DNA of 64,000 nt. Source: Candidatus Eiseniibacteriota bacterium (GTDB lineage: Bacteria; Eisenbacteria; RBG-16-71-46; CAZAMP01). The translations under genes and the position numbers were made by a program. The stretch spans positions 4,704,001 to 4,768,000 of the forward strand of contig OZ245046.1 in the NCBI GenBank assembly GCA_965224245.1. The letters are read 5' to 3'. Positions 35,145 through 44,339 of this stretch are shown here, piece after piece (position 1 is the stretch's first letter; every line of letters begins with the position of its first letter). The notes under the pieces are model-generated. The model did no database searches, was not told where the DNA came from, and saw only the letters and a program-made list of their open reading frames with translations.

Positions 35145-37102
35145 GTGTAGGACCGTCCCCAGGACGAGGCCGCCCGGCCGCTCACATGGGACACGAGGGT
35201 GTCCGGCACGGCATACGCGTCGCCCTCTTCCTGCGGATCGAAATGGAACGCGTAGAGTCGTGAGACGAAGTCGTCGATCCCGAGCGACGACTCGCCCGGC
35301 CGCTCGCCGTGTCCGAAGACGCTGGGCTCCACGCCGTCGCCCCAGTCCTGGCGGCCCTCGTCGTTCGGATTGAAGAAGTACACGCGGACGGTGTCGTCGG
35401 GGCGCTTGGCGATGCGCTGGATCGAGACGGCGTGCGGACCCAGGAGACGGCCGTGCACGTCGGTCACCATGATCCCGACCGGGTTGGGATACACGAGCTC
35501 GTGCCCATCGTTGTAGTCGGGGTGGTGGGTCGCGTAGAAGCGGCGCACGAACAGCGAATGGTGGCTCACGGTGACGGAGCTCGGATCCAGCGCCGACGCG
35601 AACCCGGGTGCGACCCACCGGCCGTACATTGCCGGGTTCACCCAGCGATGGGGATCGGTGTTCCGCCCGGCGGCCAGGCCCAGCATCGTCGCGTAGATCC
35701 GGTCCAGGTGGGGCACGAGCAGGAGCGACACCGGATCCAGATCCGATCCCGACTCCCCCGACGCCACGTCGGCGCACCGATCCGATCGCAGCTCCTGTCC
35801 CTCGAACTCGGCGGCCACGAAACCATCGCGGGCCGCGTTGGCGATCTTGCCCAGGAGCATTCCCGGTGCGTGCAGGCTCCAGAGGCTGATGCCTCGCGCC
35901 GCCTGGCACGTGGGACTGTTGCCTTGCCCGACGCCGAGCGGGAGACCCAGCACCAGGATCGCCCCGGAAACGAGGATGGCGTTCTCGGAGAGGCCTTCGT
36001 TCTCGGGTCGTGTCCGGATCAGCCGATCGGCCACGTCCGACAGCACGTCGAGCTGCAGCAGTCGCCGCAGCCCGGCCGCCACCTCCGGCCTCGCGAGAAG
36101 ATGGCGCTCGAGCAGCCCGACGAGTCCGAGGATCGTACGATGCGTGCCGGGGAAGACGGCCGCCTTCACGAGTGCGGCCGGGAGCTCGCCGCACTTGGCC
36201 GCGTGGGCGGCACCGGCCTCGTCGGCGCCGATCGCATCGCCGAGCTGCTCGGGCATGCGCCGCGCGACCGCCCGGAGCGCCACCGCGTGATAAGGGCTCG
36301 TGAGCCCGACCTCGCGCAACGACGCGCCGAAGCGCCGGCACTCCTGGAGGACTTCCCCGTCGTCGCACTCCGCGAGGCGCCGGCGATACGTGACCGGGTC
36401 GCCCGCCGCGGCGGCCAGTGGCGTCGCCGCCCCGAGGGCGGCGCCGTAGCTTCGGAGGGCGTCGCGAGCGCCGGGATCGGCGTCGGCGTCGGGCAGCAGC
36501 GCGGCCTGATCGACCAGGGTCGTGATTCGCGAATCCCGCACCGGTCTCTGAACGGTCATCAACCGGATCTCCTCGACCACGCTGGTCAGAAGCCTGTCGA
36601 GCGACAGCACGTCGCGGATCGCCGCGAACAGCCGCTCGGCGCGGTCGTAGAGCTTCGGTTGTCGGCGGCTCGCCTCGGAGTCCGCGGGGAACATCAGGTC
36701 CAGCGATCGCACGCAGACCTCGCGAAGGAAGCCCGCGGCATCCTCGGCCGAGAGATCGGGGTGATCGACGTCGCCGCGCGCGATCGCGAGCAGCCGGAGC
36801 TCGCTCATCGCCTCGACCGTCGGATAGACGCCGTCGCCGAGGAGCCCGTATCGGACGAGATCGGGCAGAAGCTTCGTCACGTCCTCCCACGGCCCACCGC
36901 GAAAGACCCCCACCGCGTCGAAGCGAGGGGCGCGTTCGAGGAGCGCCGCGAGGCCGCCATCGGTGTCCAGGAGATCGGAGCCCGCGGCGAACACCGGCTC
37001 CTGGTAACGGGCCTTCGCGAACGCGGGAGCGCGGTCGAGCTTCTCGATCGCCGCATCGAGCCTCGCCAGCGCCCCGGTGGACTCACGGGTCTCATGGGTC
37101 AT
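35132..37102 (-). CDS. Conserved hypothetical 656-aa protein with putative C-terminal papain/calpain-like Cys-His-Asn domain
   Basis: GQGNSPTCQAA, PHAVSI and YFFNPN in calpain-like order. ATGA-coupled to the ATP-grasp gene. Confidence 0.65.
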   Translation of the reverse strand: MTHETRESTGALARLDAAIEKLDRAPAFAKARYQEPVFAAGSDLLDTDGGLAALLERAPRFDAVGVFRGGPWEDVTKLLPDLVRYGLLGDGVYPTVEAMSELRLLAIARGDVDHPDLSAEDAAGFLREVCVRSLDLMFPADSEASRRQPKLYDRAERLFAAIRDVLSLDRLLTSVVEEIRLMTVQRPVRDSRITTLVDQAALLPDADADPGARDALRSYGAALGAATPLAAAAGDPVTYRRRLAECDDGEVLQECRRFGASLREVGLTSPYHAVALRAVARRMPEQLGDAIGADEAGAAHAAKCGELPAALVKAAVFPGTHRTILGLVGLLERHLLARPEVAAGLRRLLQLDVLSDVADRLIRTRPENEGLSENAILVSGAILVLGLPLGVGQGNSPTCQAARGISLWSLHAPGMLLGKIANAARDGFVAAEFEGQELRSDRCADVASGESGSDLDPVSLLLVPHLDRIYATMLGLAAGRNTDPHRWVNPAMYGRWVAPGFASALDPSSVTVSHHSLFVRRFYATHHPDYNDGHELVYPNPVGIMVTDVHGRLLGPHAVSIQRIAKRPDDTVRVYFFNPNDEGRQDWGDGVEPSVFGHGERPGESSLGIDDFVSRLYAFHFDPQEEGDAYAVPDTLVSHVSGRAASSWGRSYTWHS

Positions 37103-38349
37103 ACGTAGAAGTCCATCTCCTCGTAGCGGAGCAGGATCTCGCGAAGGCGATCGGGGTCGTCACCGAGAAAGTCCACCTTGCCGTAGTGGTCGCCGAAGCC
37201 AGCGCGCTCGCGGACCTTGGGCGTCACGGGCTCGAACAGGTTGTGACCGATGAAGTAGGGCTCGTCCTCGAGCGCCGGTGGAATCCGGAGCTCGTGCACC
37301 ATCGGCTTCTTCGGGTAGACGAGGAGGTTGCCCGCGTGGCCGCGCCGGCCCGTGACCTCGTCCGGGAAGAACGCCTCCAGCTCTTCGTCGGTGGTCAACG
37401 GATCGGACACGAGGATCTGCCCGGCGAATGCGTCGAAGCCGTAGGCCCGCTCGATCAGCTCGAAGATGTGCCCACCCGGAATGCGGGCGGCGACCTCGCC
37501 GAAGTTCAGCTCGCCGTCCTGATCCAGGAAGTACTCGGGGTGCAGGATGCCGTAGCGCACGCCGAACGACTTCACCAGATGCTCGACCGCCTTCCGGATG
37601 CGCGGCCGCACCTGCTCGAGCCGCGGCGTGGGCGGCATGAGCTGCGAGTGCCCGAGGTGCACGTACTCGTTGATGTTCAGGAAGCGAATGCGTCCGTCGT
37701 GCACGAAGACCTCGCACGAGAACTCCTGGCCGTTCAGGTGACTCTCCACGAGGCAGGGGAACGTGTCTTCGCCGAGGTCGTCGATGTCCTCCGGCGAACG
37801 GATCATTCGGTGACCGACGCTGCCCGCGGCGGATATGGGCTTCAGATGGACCGGAAACGGCGCCTCGCCCTCCAGCACGACCTCGGCCTCGTTGACGCGG
37901 GTGAAGAACCGGCGGACGGCGGCCCGCGAGTCGACCTCCTCGAACACGCCGACGCGAATGCCGCTCATCTGCGCCTTGCGCTTCATCATCGCCTTGTCGC
38001 GAAACAGGAGAGATCGATTGAACACGCGCGGGTCGTCACGGAACTCGGCGTTCAGCGCGCCGGCCCACTCGACGGTCTCCTCGTAGAGCGGCACCGCCAG
38101 CCGGACCTCGCGATCGGCAAGCATCCCCGAGAGCCGATGCGACTTCTCGTCCAGCCGATCGAACTCCCAGGGCACGGTCTCGATCCCGTCCCGTTCGGTC
38201 AATGCAGCGTAGTCCGGCGGCACGACGGCGACGAACCGATAGCCGAGGCGGGACGCCGCCTCCAGCGACTCGATGCAGTATCCGAGCAACGCGATCTTCC
38301 CCGGTCTTCCTGCGACGTTCGGAACGCCGCCGTGACCGTTGGCTTCCAT
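37099..38349 (-). CDS. ATP-grasp carboxylate-amine (amino-acid/peptide) ligase
   Basis: DKAMMK, LKP..AAGS.G, ESHL.GQEFSCE, HPEYF, FGEVAARIPGG; RBS AAAGGA. Confidence 0.85.
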   Translation of the reverse strand: MEANGHGGVPNVAGRPGKIALLGYCIESLEAASRLGYRFVAVVPPDYAALTERDGIETVPWEFDRLDEKSHRLSGMLADREVRLAVPLYEETVEWAGALNAEFRDDPRVFNRSLLFRDKAMMKRKAQMSGIRVGVFEEVDSRAAVRRFFTRVNEAEVVLEGEAPFPVHLKPISAAGSVGHRMIRSPEDIDDLGEDTFPCLVESHLNGQEFSCEVFVHDGRIRFLNINEYVHLGHSQLMPPTPRLEQVRPRIRKAVEHLVKSFGVRYGILHPEYFLDQDGELNFGEVAARIPGGHIFELIERAYGFDAFAGQILVSDPLTTDEELEAFFPDEVTGRRGHAGNLLVYPKKPMVHELRIPPALEDEPYFIGHNLFEPVTPKVRERAGFGDHYGKVDFLGDDPDRLREILLRYEEMDFYV

Positions 38350-38397
38350 GACGGGAGTCCTTTCTTCGGATCGGAAACGGATGTCGTTGCACAGTGC

Positions 38398-38413
38398 CGC
38401 AATTGACATGCCA
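38398..38413 (-). promoter_or_regulatory. sigma54 promoter for ATP-grasp / 656-aa / alr operon
   Basis: Minus strand TGGCATGTCAATTGCG (GG-N10-GC), ~50 bp upstream of the ATG. Confidence 0.85.
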
Positions 38414-38453
38414 TGCGTCGAGCTGTGATCATGTCGGCTGGATCGGTCGTCGA

Positions 38454-38484
38454 TGTCCCAATCGATGGGCCACGCGCGTCCGAT
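38454..38484. promoter_or_regulatory. Dyad, candidate enhancer site (second copy)
   Basis: TGTCCCA-ATCGA-TGGGCCA followed by CGCGCGTCCGAT; nearly the same offset from the sigma54 box as the 33872 copy. Confidence 0.65.
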
Positions 38485-38504
38485 ACCGCCCAGACGAGAC
38501 ACGT

Positions 38505-39956
38505 ATGTCCCCCGCAGACGCCCCTACCGAGAGCCGCACCCCCGCGAGAGTCGCGGTTCTGAACGCAGAGAAGCTCGAGGACGCCCTGGCCGACGATGCG
38601 CGCATGCTGCCGTCGCGCTTTCGCGACCTCGACACGCTCCTCGACCAGGCGCGCGAGATCCCGCCCCGTCTGTGTCTTCTCGGACCGGGGCTCAGCCCCG
38701 AGGAAATGCGCGAGCGCGTGGCCAGCCTGCGGCGGCACCTCCCGTTCACCGACGTCGTCGTCTGGCATCCCCGCGCGCCGGCCGAGGTCGTGCGGGCGGC
38801 GCTCCTCTCGGGGGCACGCGACGTTCTGCTCGACCCCGATCCCGCGCGCGCGGTCGTGCGGCTGCGGGATCTCCTCGAAGGGCAGCGGCTTCTTCCGCTG
38901 GTGCTCGCCGAGGAGGATCGAAGTGGCGGACGCTGGCGATTCGAGGGGCTCGTCTCCCGGAACCGCGAGATGTGGAGCATCTTCGAGACCGTGGCCCGGA
39001 CCGCATCGACCGACGCGACGATCCTCATTCTCGGCGAGACCGGCACCGGGAAGGACCTCGTGGCCCGCGCGATTCACGCGCGATCCGGGCGGCCGGGACG
39101 CTTCGTGGCCCTCAACTGCGGTGCCATTCCCGAGACGCTCATCGATTCCGAGCTGTTCGGACACGTCGAGGGCGCGTTCACCGGGGCCAAGGGATCCAAG
39201 CGCGGGCTCATCCGTCATGCCGAGGCCGGGACGCTGTTCCTCGACGAGATCGGAAACCTGCCGCAGGACGCCCAGAGCCGGCTGCTTCGCGTGCTGCAGA
39301 ACGGGGTGGTCCGCCCGGTCGGCGGCGAGGAAGAGCATCCGGTGGATGCGCGCGTGATCGCGGCCACGAGCAGCCCGCTGGACACCGCAGTCATGGATGG
39401 CACGTTCCGCGAGGATCTGCTCTATCGCATCGACGTGATCCGCCTGATCATTCCGCCACTCCGGGAACGTCTCGAGGATCTGATCTTCCTGTTCGGCATG
39501 TTCCTTCAGGAGCTTACCGAGCAGTACAACTGTGCGCGACCGAAGCTCGGCGACGACTTTCTCGACGCGCTGCAGGCGTACGAGTGGCCAGGAAACGTGC
39601 GCGAGCTCGAGAACTTCACCGAACGGCTCGTGCTCGCGCACTCGGGCTCACGCGTCACGCGCACTCACTTCCGCAAGCTCACGCGCACTTACCGCGGCCG
39701 GCAGAACGACGGCATCTCCGACGAGGACGATCGTGACGCGTCGCCGCGCGTGGCCGCCGCGTTCGATCCCGATCGAACGCTGGACGAGGTCACATCGGAG
39801 ATCGTGTCGGAGACCGAGCGTGCGTATCTCGAAGGCCTTCTGGCACATACGTCCGGTCGCGTGGGCGCCGCGGCCGAGCAGGCCGGCATCAGTCGCCGCA
39901 CGCTGCACCGGAAGCTCTCGCGTCACGGGATCGACAAGCGTCGCTTTCGTGGTTGA
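38505..39956 (+). CDS. sigma54-dependent enhancer-binding protein with degenerate receiver-like N-terminus
   Basis: GETGTGKD, SELFGH.EGAFTGA, FLDEIG, FREDL.YR, WPGNVREL, C-terminal HTH. Confidence 0.92.
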   Translation: MSPADAPTESRTPARVAVLNAEKLEDALADDARMLPSRFRDLDTLLDQAREIPPRLCLLGPGLSPEEMRERVASLRRHLPFTDVVVWHPRAPAEVVRAALLSGARDVLLDPDPARAVVRLRDLLEGQRLLPLVLAEEDRSGGRWRFEGLVSRNREMWSIFETVARTASTDATILILGETGTGKDLVARAIHARSGRPGRFVALNCGAIPETLIDSELFGHVEGAFTGAKGSKRGLIRHAEAGTLFLDEIGNLPQDAQSRLLRVLQNGVVRPVGGEEEHPVDARVIAATSSPLDTAVMDGTFREDLLYRIDVIRLIIPPLRERLEDLIFLFGMFLQELTEQYNCARPKLGDDFLDALQAYEWPGNVRELENFTERLVLAHSGSRVTRTHFRKLTRTYRGRQNDGISDEDDRDASPRVAAAFDPDRTLDEVTSEIVSETERAYLEGLLAHTSGRVGAAAEQAGISRRTLHRKLSRHGIDKRRFRG

Positions 39957-40158
39957 CCTAAATCCGTCCACTGGCAGCGCGTTCTCGCTCCAGGGCACGC
40001 GCCCGTGAAGGACGCACCGCATCTCGCACCGAGCCGAGCGGCACGTTCAACACGTTCGAGCAGGTCGCCTTGCGAAGAACACGAGGGTCCGTTAGACTGC
40101 GTGTCGTTCGCATGTCTCGCTCGAATCGTGCTCGGCACGATGAACGGAAAGTCTCGCC

Positions 40159-41316
40159 ATGAATCGCATCCTCATCAACCTGGATGCTCTCCACCACAAC
40201 ATCGAACGCGTCAACGAGCTGATGGCGGGTCACGGGGCCTCCTGGTCGCTCGTCACGAAGGTGCTGTGCGGACACACCGACACGATCCGCGCGCTGCGCG
40301 CGCTCGGTATCCGTTCGGTGGCCGACTCGCGCATCCGCAACCTGGATGCGGTCCGAGAGGTCGATCCGGACGTCGAGACGTGGTACCTGCGTCTTCCACA
40401 CATGACGGCCGTTCCCGACATCGTGCGCACGTCCAGCGTCTCGCTGAACAGCGAGATCGAGACCATCGAGGCGCTCAGCGAGGAGGCCGCGCGCCACGAC
40501 CGGTCGCACGGCGTGGTCGTCATGATCGAGCTGGGTGACCTGCGCGAAGGCGTGCTCCCCGGGTCGCTGATCGACTTCTATCGCCGTATCTTCCAGCTCG
40601 GGAACCTGCGGATCGTCGGCATCGGCGCCAACGTCGGATGCCTCTCGGGCACCGTGCCCAACGTGGATCAGTTCGTCCAGCTCATGCTCTACAAGGAGCT
40701 GCTCGAGCTGAAGTTCGAGCAGAAGCTCCCCCTGATCTCCGCCGGCACGAGCGTCGTGCTTCCGCTTCTCCTCGAGGGGTCGCTGCCCAGGGGCATCAAT
40801 CACTTCCGCATCGGTGAGGCGGTCTTTCTCGGCACCGATCTCGTCAACGGCGGCACCCTTCCCGGATTCCGCGACGACGCGATCACCGTGGAGGCCGAGA
40901 TCGCCGAGATCAAGGAGAAGGGGCTCACGCCCCTGGGCGACGTCACCGCCACCACGCCGTTCGAGTCGTTCCAGACCGACGACGCGCCGTCGCCGGGCGA
41001 GCGCGGCTTCCGGGCCGTCATCACGCTGGGGCAGCTCGACACCGAGGTACAGGGTCTGACGCCCGTCGATGCATCGCATCGCGTCGCCGGCGCCAGCAGC
41101 GACCTGACCGTGGTCAACCTCGGCCCGGACACCGGCGGACTCCACATCGGCGACGTGATCCGCTTCCGCCCCAACTACGGCGCCACGCTGCGGCTCATGA
41201 CGAACAAGTACATGGCCCGCGAGGTCACACCCTCCCTCGAGCGCTTCACCGCCGGCCTCGATCACGCGCTGCCGCACTCGTCGGTCATCGCCTCGTTCGG
41301 CGGTAATCCTCTCTAG
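40159..41316 (+). CDS. Alanine/ornithine racemase family PLP enzyme (Orr-like)
   Basis: VTKVLCG, ADSRIRNL, SLNSE, MIELGDLREG, GANVGC, ISAGTS, INHFRIGEA, GASSD. Confidence 0.82.
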   Translation: MNRILINLDALHHNIERVNELMAGHGASWSLVTKVLCGHTDTIRALRALGIRSVADSRIRNLDAVREVDPDVETWYLRLPHMTAVPDIVRTSSVSLNSEIETIEALSEEAARHDRSHGVVVMIELGDLREGVLPGSLIDFYRRIFQLGNLRIVGIGANVGCLSGTVPNVDQFVQLMLYKELLELKFEQKLPLISAGTSVVLPLLLEGSLPRGINHFRIGEAVFLGTDLVNGGTLPGFRDDAITVEAEIAEIKEKGLTPLGDVTATTPFESFQTDDAPSPGERGFRAVITLGQLDTEVQGLTPVDASHRVAGASSDLTVVNLGPDTGGLHIGDVIRFRPNYGATLRLMTNKYMAREVTPSLERFTAGLDHALPHSSVIASFGGNPL

Positions 41317-42746
41317 TGGGGGGCTTCGATCCCCAGACCTGGCAGTGGCTGATCGTCGGGGGCTACCTGGCGTTCATCTTCATCAAGGGCGTCCTGAAGG
41401 CCCGCGTGATCGACGAGGCCGACGACTTCCTCGTCGCCCGGCGCAACGTGCCCTGGCCGCTCCTGTTCGCCACGATGGGCGCCACGGTCATCGGCGGCGG
41501 CTACTCCATCGGCGCGGTCGGTCGCACGTTCGAGTGGGGCATCCTGATGGTCCTGGTCTCGATGGCCGGGTATCTGCACTTTCTGTTCTCGGGTCTCTTC
41601 GTCGCGCCCAAGTTCCGCGACGCGAAGCTCTACACCGTCGCGGGCTACTTCGGTCATCGCTTCGGAGAGGGTCCGCGCTTCGTCGTGCTCGTGGTGTCGG
41701 TGTTGTTCTCGGTGTTCATCGTGGCCGCTCAGATGGCCGCGTTCGGGTCGGTGCTGTCCACGCTGCTGCCCGAGTTCGCCGACAACCAGGCGGTGCTCCG
41801 CTGGGCGATCATCATCGGCGGGCTGCTGGTGGTCGTCTACAGCACCGCGGGCGGCCTGCTGGCGGTCATCTACACCGACGTCTACCAGTTCGTGATCCTG
41901 TTCCTCGGCTTCGCGCTGACCGCGGTGCTCTGCCTCCCCGAGATCTCCGACAGCTGGGGGCGCGTGCGGAGCACGATCCCCGACGATTTCTTCGCCCCGG
42001 ACGGCGGCAAGGGCGCCATCTTCCTGATCACGACGTTCCTGGCGTTCCTGTTCGGCGAGACGTTCGCACCCGGATACGCCACGCGATACTGCGTGGGCCG
42101 CTCCATCCGCGACACGAAGCTCGGCATCGCCGGCGTGGGGGCGTTTCTGACCGTCACGTTCCCGGTGATCATCTTCGTGGTCGCCCTCTACGCCCGCGTC
42201 TTCCATCCGGACATCGAGTCCCAGCAGTCGCTCCCCGTGGTCGTGCAGCAGCTCAACAATCCGATCGTGGGGGCGATCCTGGTGGCGGCGCTCCTGAGCG
42301 CGGTCATGTCGTCGGCGGACTCGGCGCTGAACTCGGCCACCGCCATCTTCGTGAAGGACCTCTTCGAGCATCAGCTGAAGCTGCGAGACACCGGCGACGG
42401 GCGCCTTCTCCGGTGGGCTCGCTACTGCTCGGCGGCGCTCGGAATAGTGGCCACGGCGATCGCCGTGGTGCAGCCGAACATCATCGATCTGCTCCTGTTC
42501 ACGTATCACGTGTGGGCGCCGGCAATCATCGTGCCCGTGGTGGTGGGGGTCTTCACCGAGGACCGCTCACCGGGGATGATCCGGACGATCCTGTGGACGA
42601 TGCTGGTGGCGATCACGGCCACGTTCGTCTACCGGACCACGCCGGCCGCCGAGAGCTTCGATCCGGCGGTGTTCGGCGTGGCGGTCTCGCTGGCGGCGTA
42701 CGTGGTGCTGCGACCGATCTTCCGCATGAGGACGCGGACCGTCTAG
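41316..42746 (+). CDS. Sodium:solute symporter (SSS family)
   Basis: Multiple TM helices; DFLVARR, YSTAGGLLAVIYTD.YQ, AVMSSADS. Confidence 0.9.
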   Translation: MGGFDPQTWQWLIVGGYLAFIFIKGVLKARVIDEADDFLVARRNVPWPLLFATMGATVIGGGYSIGAVGRTFEWGILMVLVSMAGYLHFLFSGLFVAPKFRDAKLYTVAGYFGHRFGEGPRFVVLVVSVLFSVFIVAAQMAAFGSVLSTLLPEFADNQAVLRWAIIIGGLLVVVYSTAGGLLAVIYTDVYQFVILFLGFALTAVLCLPEISDSWGRVRSTIPDDFFAPDGGKGAIFLITTFLAFLFGETFAPGYATRYCVGRSIRDTKLGIAGVGAFLTVTFPVIIFVVALYARVFHPDIESQQSLPVVVQQLNNPIVGAILVAALLSAVMSSADSALNSATAIFVKDLFEHQLKLRDTGDGRLLRWARYCSAALGIVATAIAVVQPNIIDLLLFTYHVWAPAIIVPVVVGVFTEDRSPGMIRTILWTMLVAITATFVYRTTPAAESFDPAVFGVAVSLAAYVVLRPIFRMRTRTV

Positions 42747-42764
42747 CCGCCGCTCACCGATCAC

Positions 42765-43193
42765 TCATCCGTTCTGCGCCTTCTCCCGCCGCTTGACGTG
42801 CGCCACCGACTCCTTCACCAGACGCCGGAGCACCTTCTCGTCCACGTCCTCCAGGCGATTGATGTAGAGGCACGACTTGCCCGTCTTGTGCTTCCCGAGC
42901 TTCGCCAGGAGGTCCTCGTAGCGTGTGAAGCCCGACATGATGTACAGCGTGAGGCTCGTCTTGCGCGGCGAGAACCCGGTGAGCATCCAGTCTCCCTCGC
43001 GACCGCTCTCGTACCGGTAGTGATACGAGCCGAATCCGACGATGCTGTCCCCCCACATCTCGGCCTTCTCGCCGGTCACCTCTTCCATCAGCGCCAGGAC
43101 CTTCATCGCGTCCTCGCGACGGCGTGGGTCCTCCACGCGCTTCAGGAACTGCGCGACGCTCTTGCGATTCCGCGCGGTCTTGAGATCTGCCAT
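42765..43193 (-). CDS. DUF1801-domain protein
   Basis: MWGDSIVGFGSYHYRY.SGR.G.W..TGFSPRK, LGKHKTGKSCLY. Confidence 0.85.
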   Translation of the reverse strand: MADLKTARNRKSVAQFLKRVEDPRRREDAMKVLALMEEVTGEKAEMWGDSIVGFGSYHYRYESGREGDWMLTGFSPRKTSLTLYIMSGFTRYEDLLAKLGKHKTGKSCLYINRLEDVDEKVLRRLVKESVAHVKRREKAQNG

Positions 43194-43266
43194 CGAGGAT
43201 CCTCCGGGAATCGGGGGTGGACGTCGGTTGCCGGACACGTGACCACGATCGCCGCCGTCTCGACGC

Positions 43267-43620
43267 TCATCTGTCAGACCAGACCGCCAGCTCGTTGCCG
43301 TTCGGATCGGCGAAGTGGAATCGCCGCCCGCCGGGAAACGAGAAGATGTCGGTGACGATGCGGCCGCCAGCGCCGACGACGGTCTCCCTGGTTCCCTCGA
43401 GATCCTCGGCGTACAGGATCACGAGAGCGCCGCCTGCCGCACGGCTCGAGGAGAGCGTGGAGTGGTAGAAGCCGCCGTCGAGCTTGCCGTCGGTGAAGGC
43501 GCGGTACTCCGGTCCGTAGTCGGTGAACGACCAGCCGAAGGCTTTCTCGTAGAACGCCTGGGTCGCGTCGAAGTCGGCGGCCGGAAACTCGACGTAGTCG
43601 ATCTTCTGATCCGTGGGCAT
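43267..43620 (-). CDS. VOC/glyoxalase family protein
   Basis: IDYVEF, FY..AFGW.F.DYG, FPGGRRFHF.DP.GNEL. Confidence 0.88.
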   Translation of the reverse strand: MPTDQKIDYVEFPAADFDATQAFYEKAFGWSFTDYGPEYRAFTDGKLDGGFYHSTLSSSRAAGGALVILYAEDLEGTRETVVGAGGRIVTDIFSFPGGRRFHFADPNGNELAVWSDR

Positions 43621-43919
43621 CGCGGGATCTCCTCGGGGAGGGTGTTCGAAGCGTCGACGGACCCTCGCGTCGGGGATCGCTGGGCCGCGCCCATGATACC
43701 CGGCTCCGCTCCGACCGGCACCCCCTGGATCGACCGCGACCGCGAGCCCCTGTAACGAACCGCCTGCCGGTCGATTACGCCAACCGGGGGTCGATCCGCG
43801 CCCGCGCGGGTGATGGGAGCGGCGCCTCGCGCACCGAAGCAACGTGGGGCTCGCGACTTCGAAGTGGGCTAAGATGACACGACGGCCGGACACACGTTTC
43901 GACACGAGGAGTCGCTTCA

Positions 43920-44315
43920 ATGGACCGTCGAGAGTTTCTCGCGAGGGCCTCCGTGGCCGCGACCTGGGCCGGCATCACCATCATCGTGTCCGGATGCTCC
44001 GACGACGACGAGCCCACCGCGCCGGAGGACACGGGATCGACCGACGTCATCGGCGTCGTCTCGGGCGGAGGACACACCCACTCGGGCGCACGGGTCACAG
44101 CGGCGCAGCTCATGGCGGGCGACGCGATCCGGCTCACGCTCACCGGCAGCGGGCACACCCACACCGTCGATCTCGACGCCGATCAGGTCATGCGGATCGC
44201 CGACGGCCTCCGGGTCACGCAGACCTCGAGCTCGGACGCCGGTCACACGCACTCGGTGGCGTTCAACTCGACGGCCGATCTACCGAGCCCGCCCCGGCCG
44301 GGCGTCGCGCCCTAG
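43920..44315 (+). CDS. Tat-exported lipoprotein with three GHTH motifs
   Basis: MDRREFL twin-arginine, VSGC lipobox, GHTH x3; RBS GAGGAG. Confidence 0.75.
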   Translation: MDRREFLARASVAATWAGITIIVSGCSDDDEPTAPEDTGSTDVIGVVSGGGHTHSGARVTAAQLMAGDAIRLTLTGSGHTHTVDLDADQVMRIADGLRVTQTSSSDAGHTHSVAFNSTADLPSPPRPGVAP

Positions 44316-44339
44316 CCACACACGCCACGGGCCGCGGGA

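Noticed and set aside
33936-36890. 984-aa ORF suggesting a large racemase fusion (similarly 26142-28169, 46834-50058, 10628-12823)
   Set aside because: The N-terminal extensions are off-frame read-through of the upstream gene; real starts sit at the coupled start/stop junctions.
39957-40158. Third sigma54 promoter or dyad upstream of the Orr-like racemase
   Set aside because: Several GGCAC cores are present but none has GC at the correct spacing, and no dyad copy was found.
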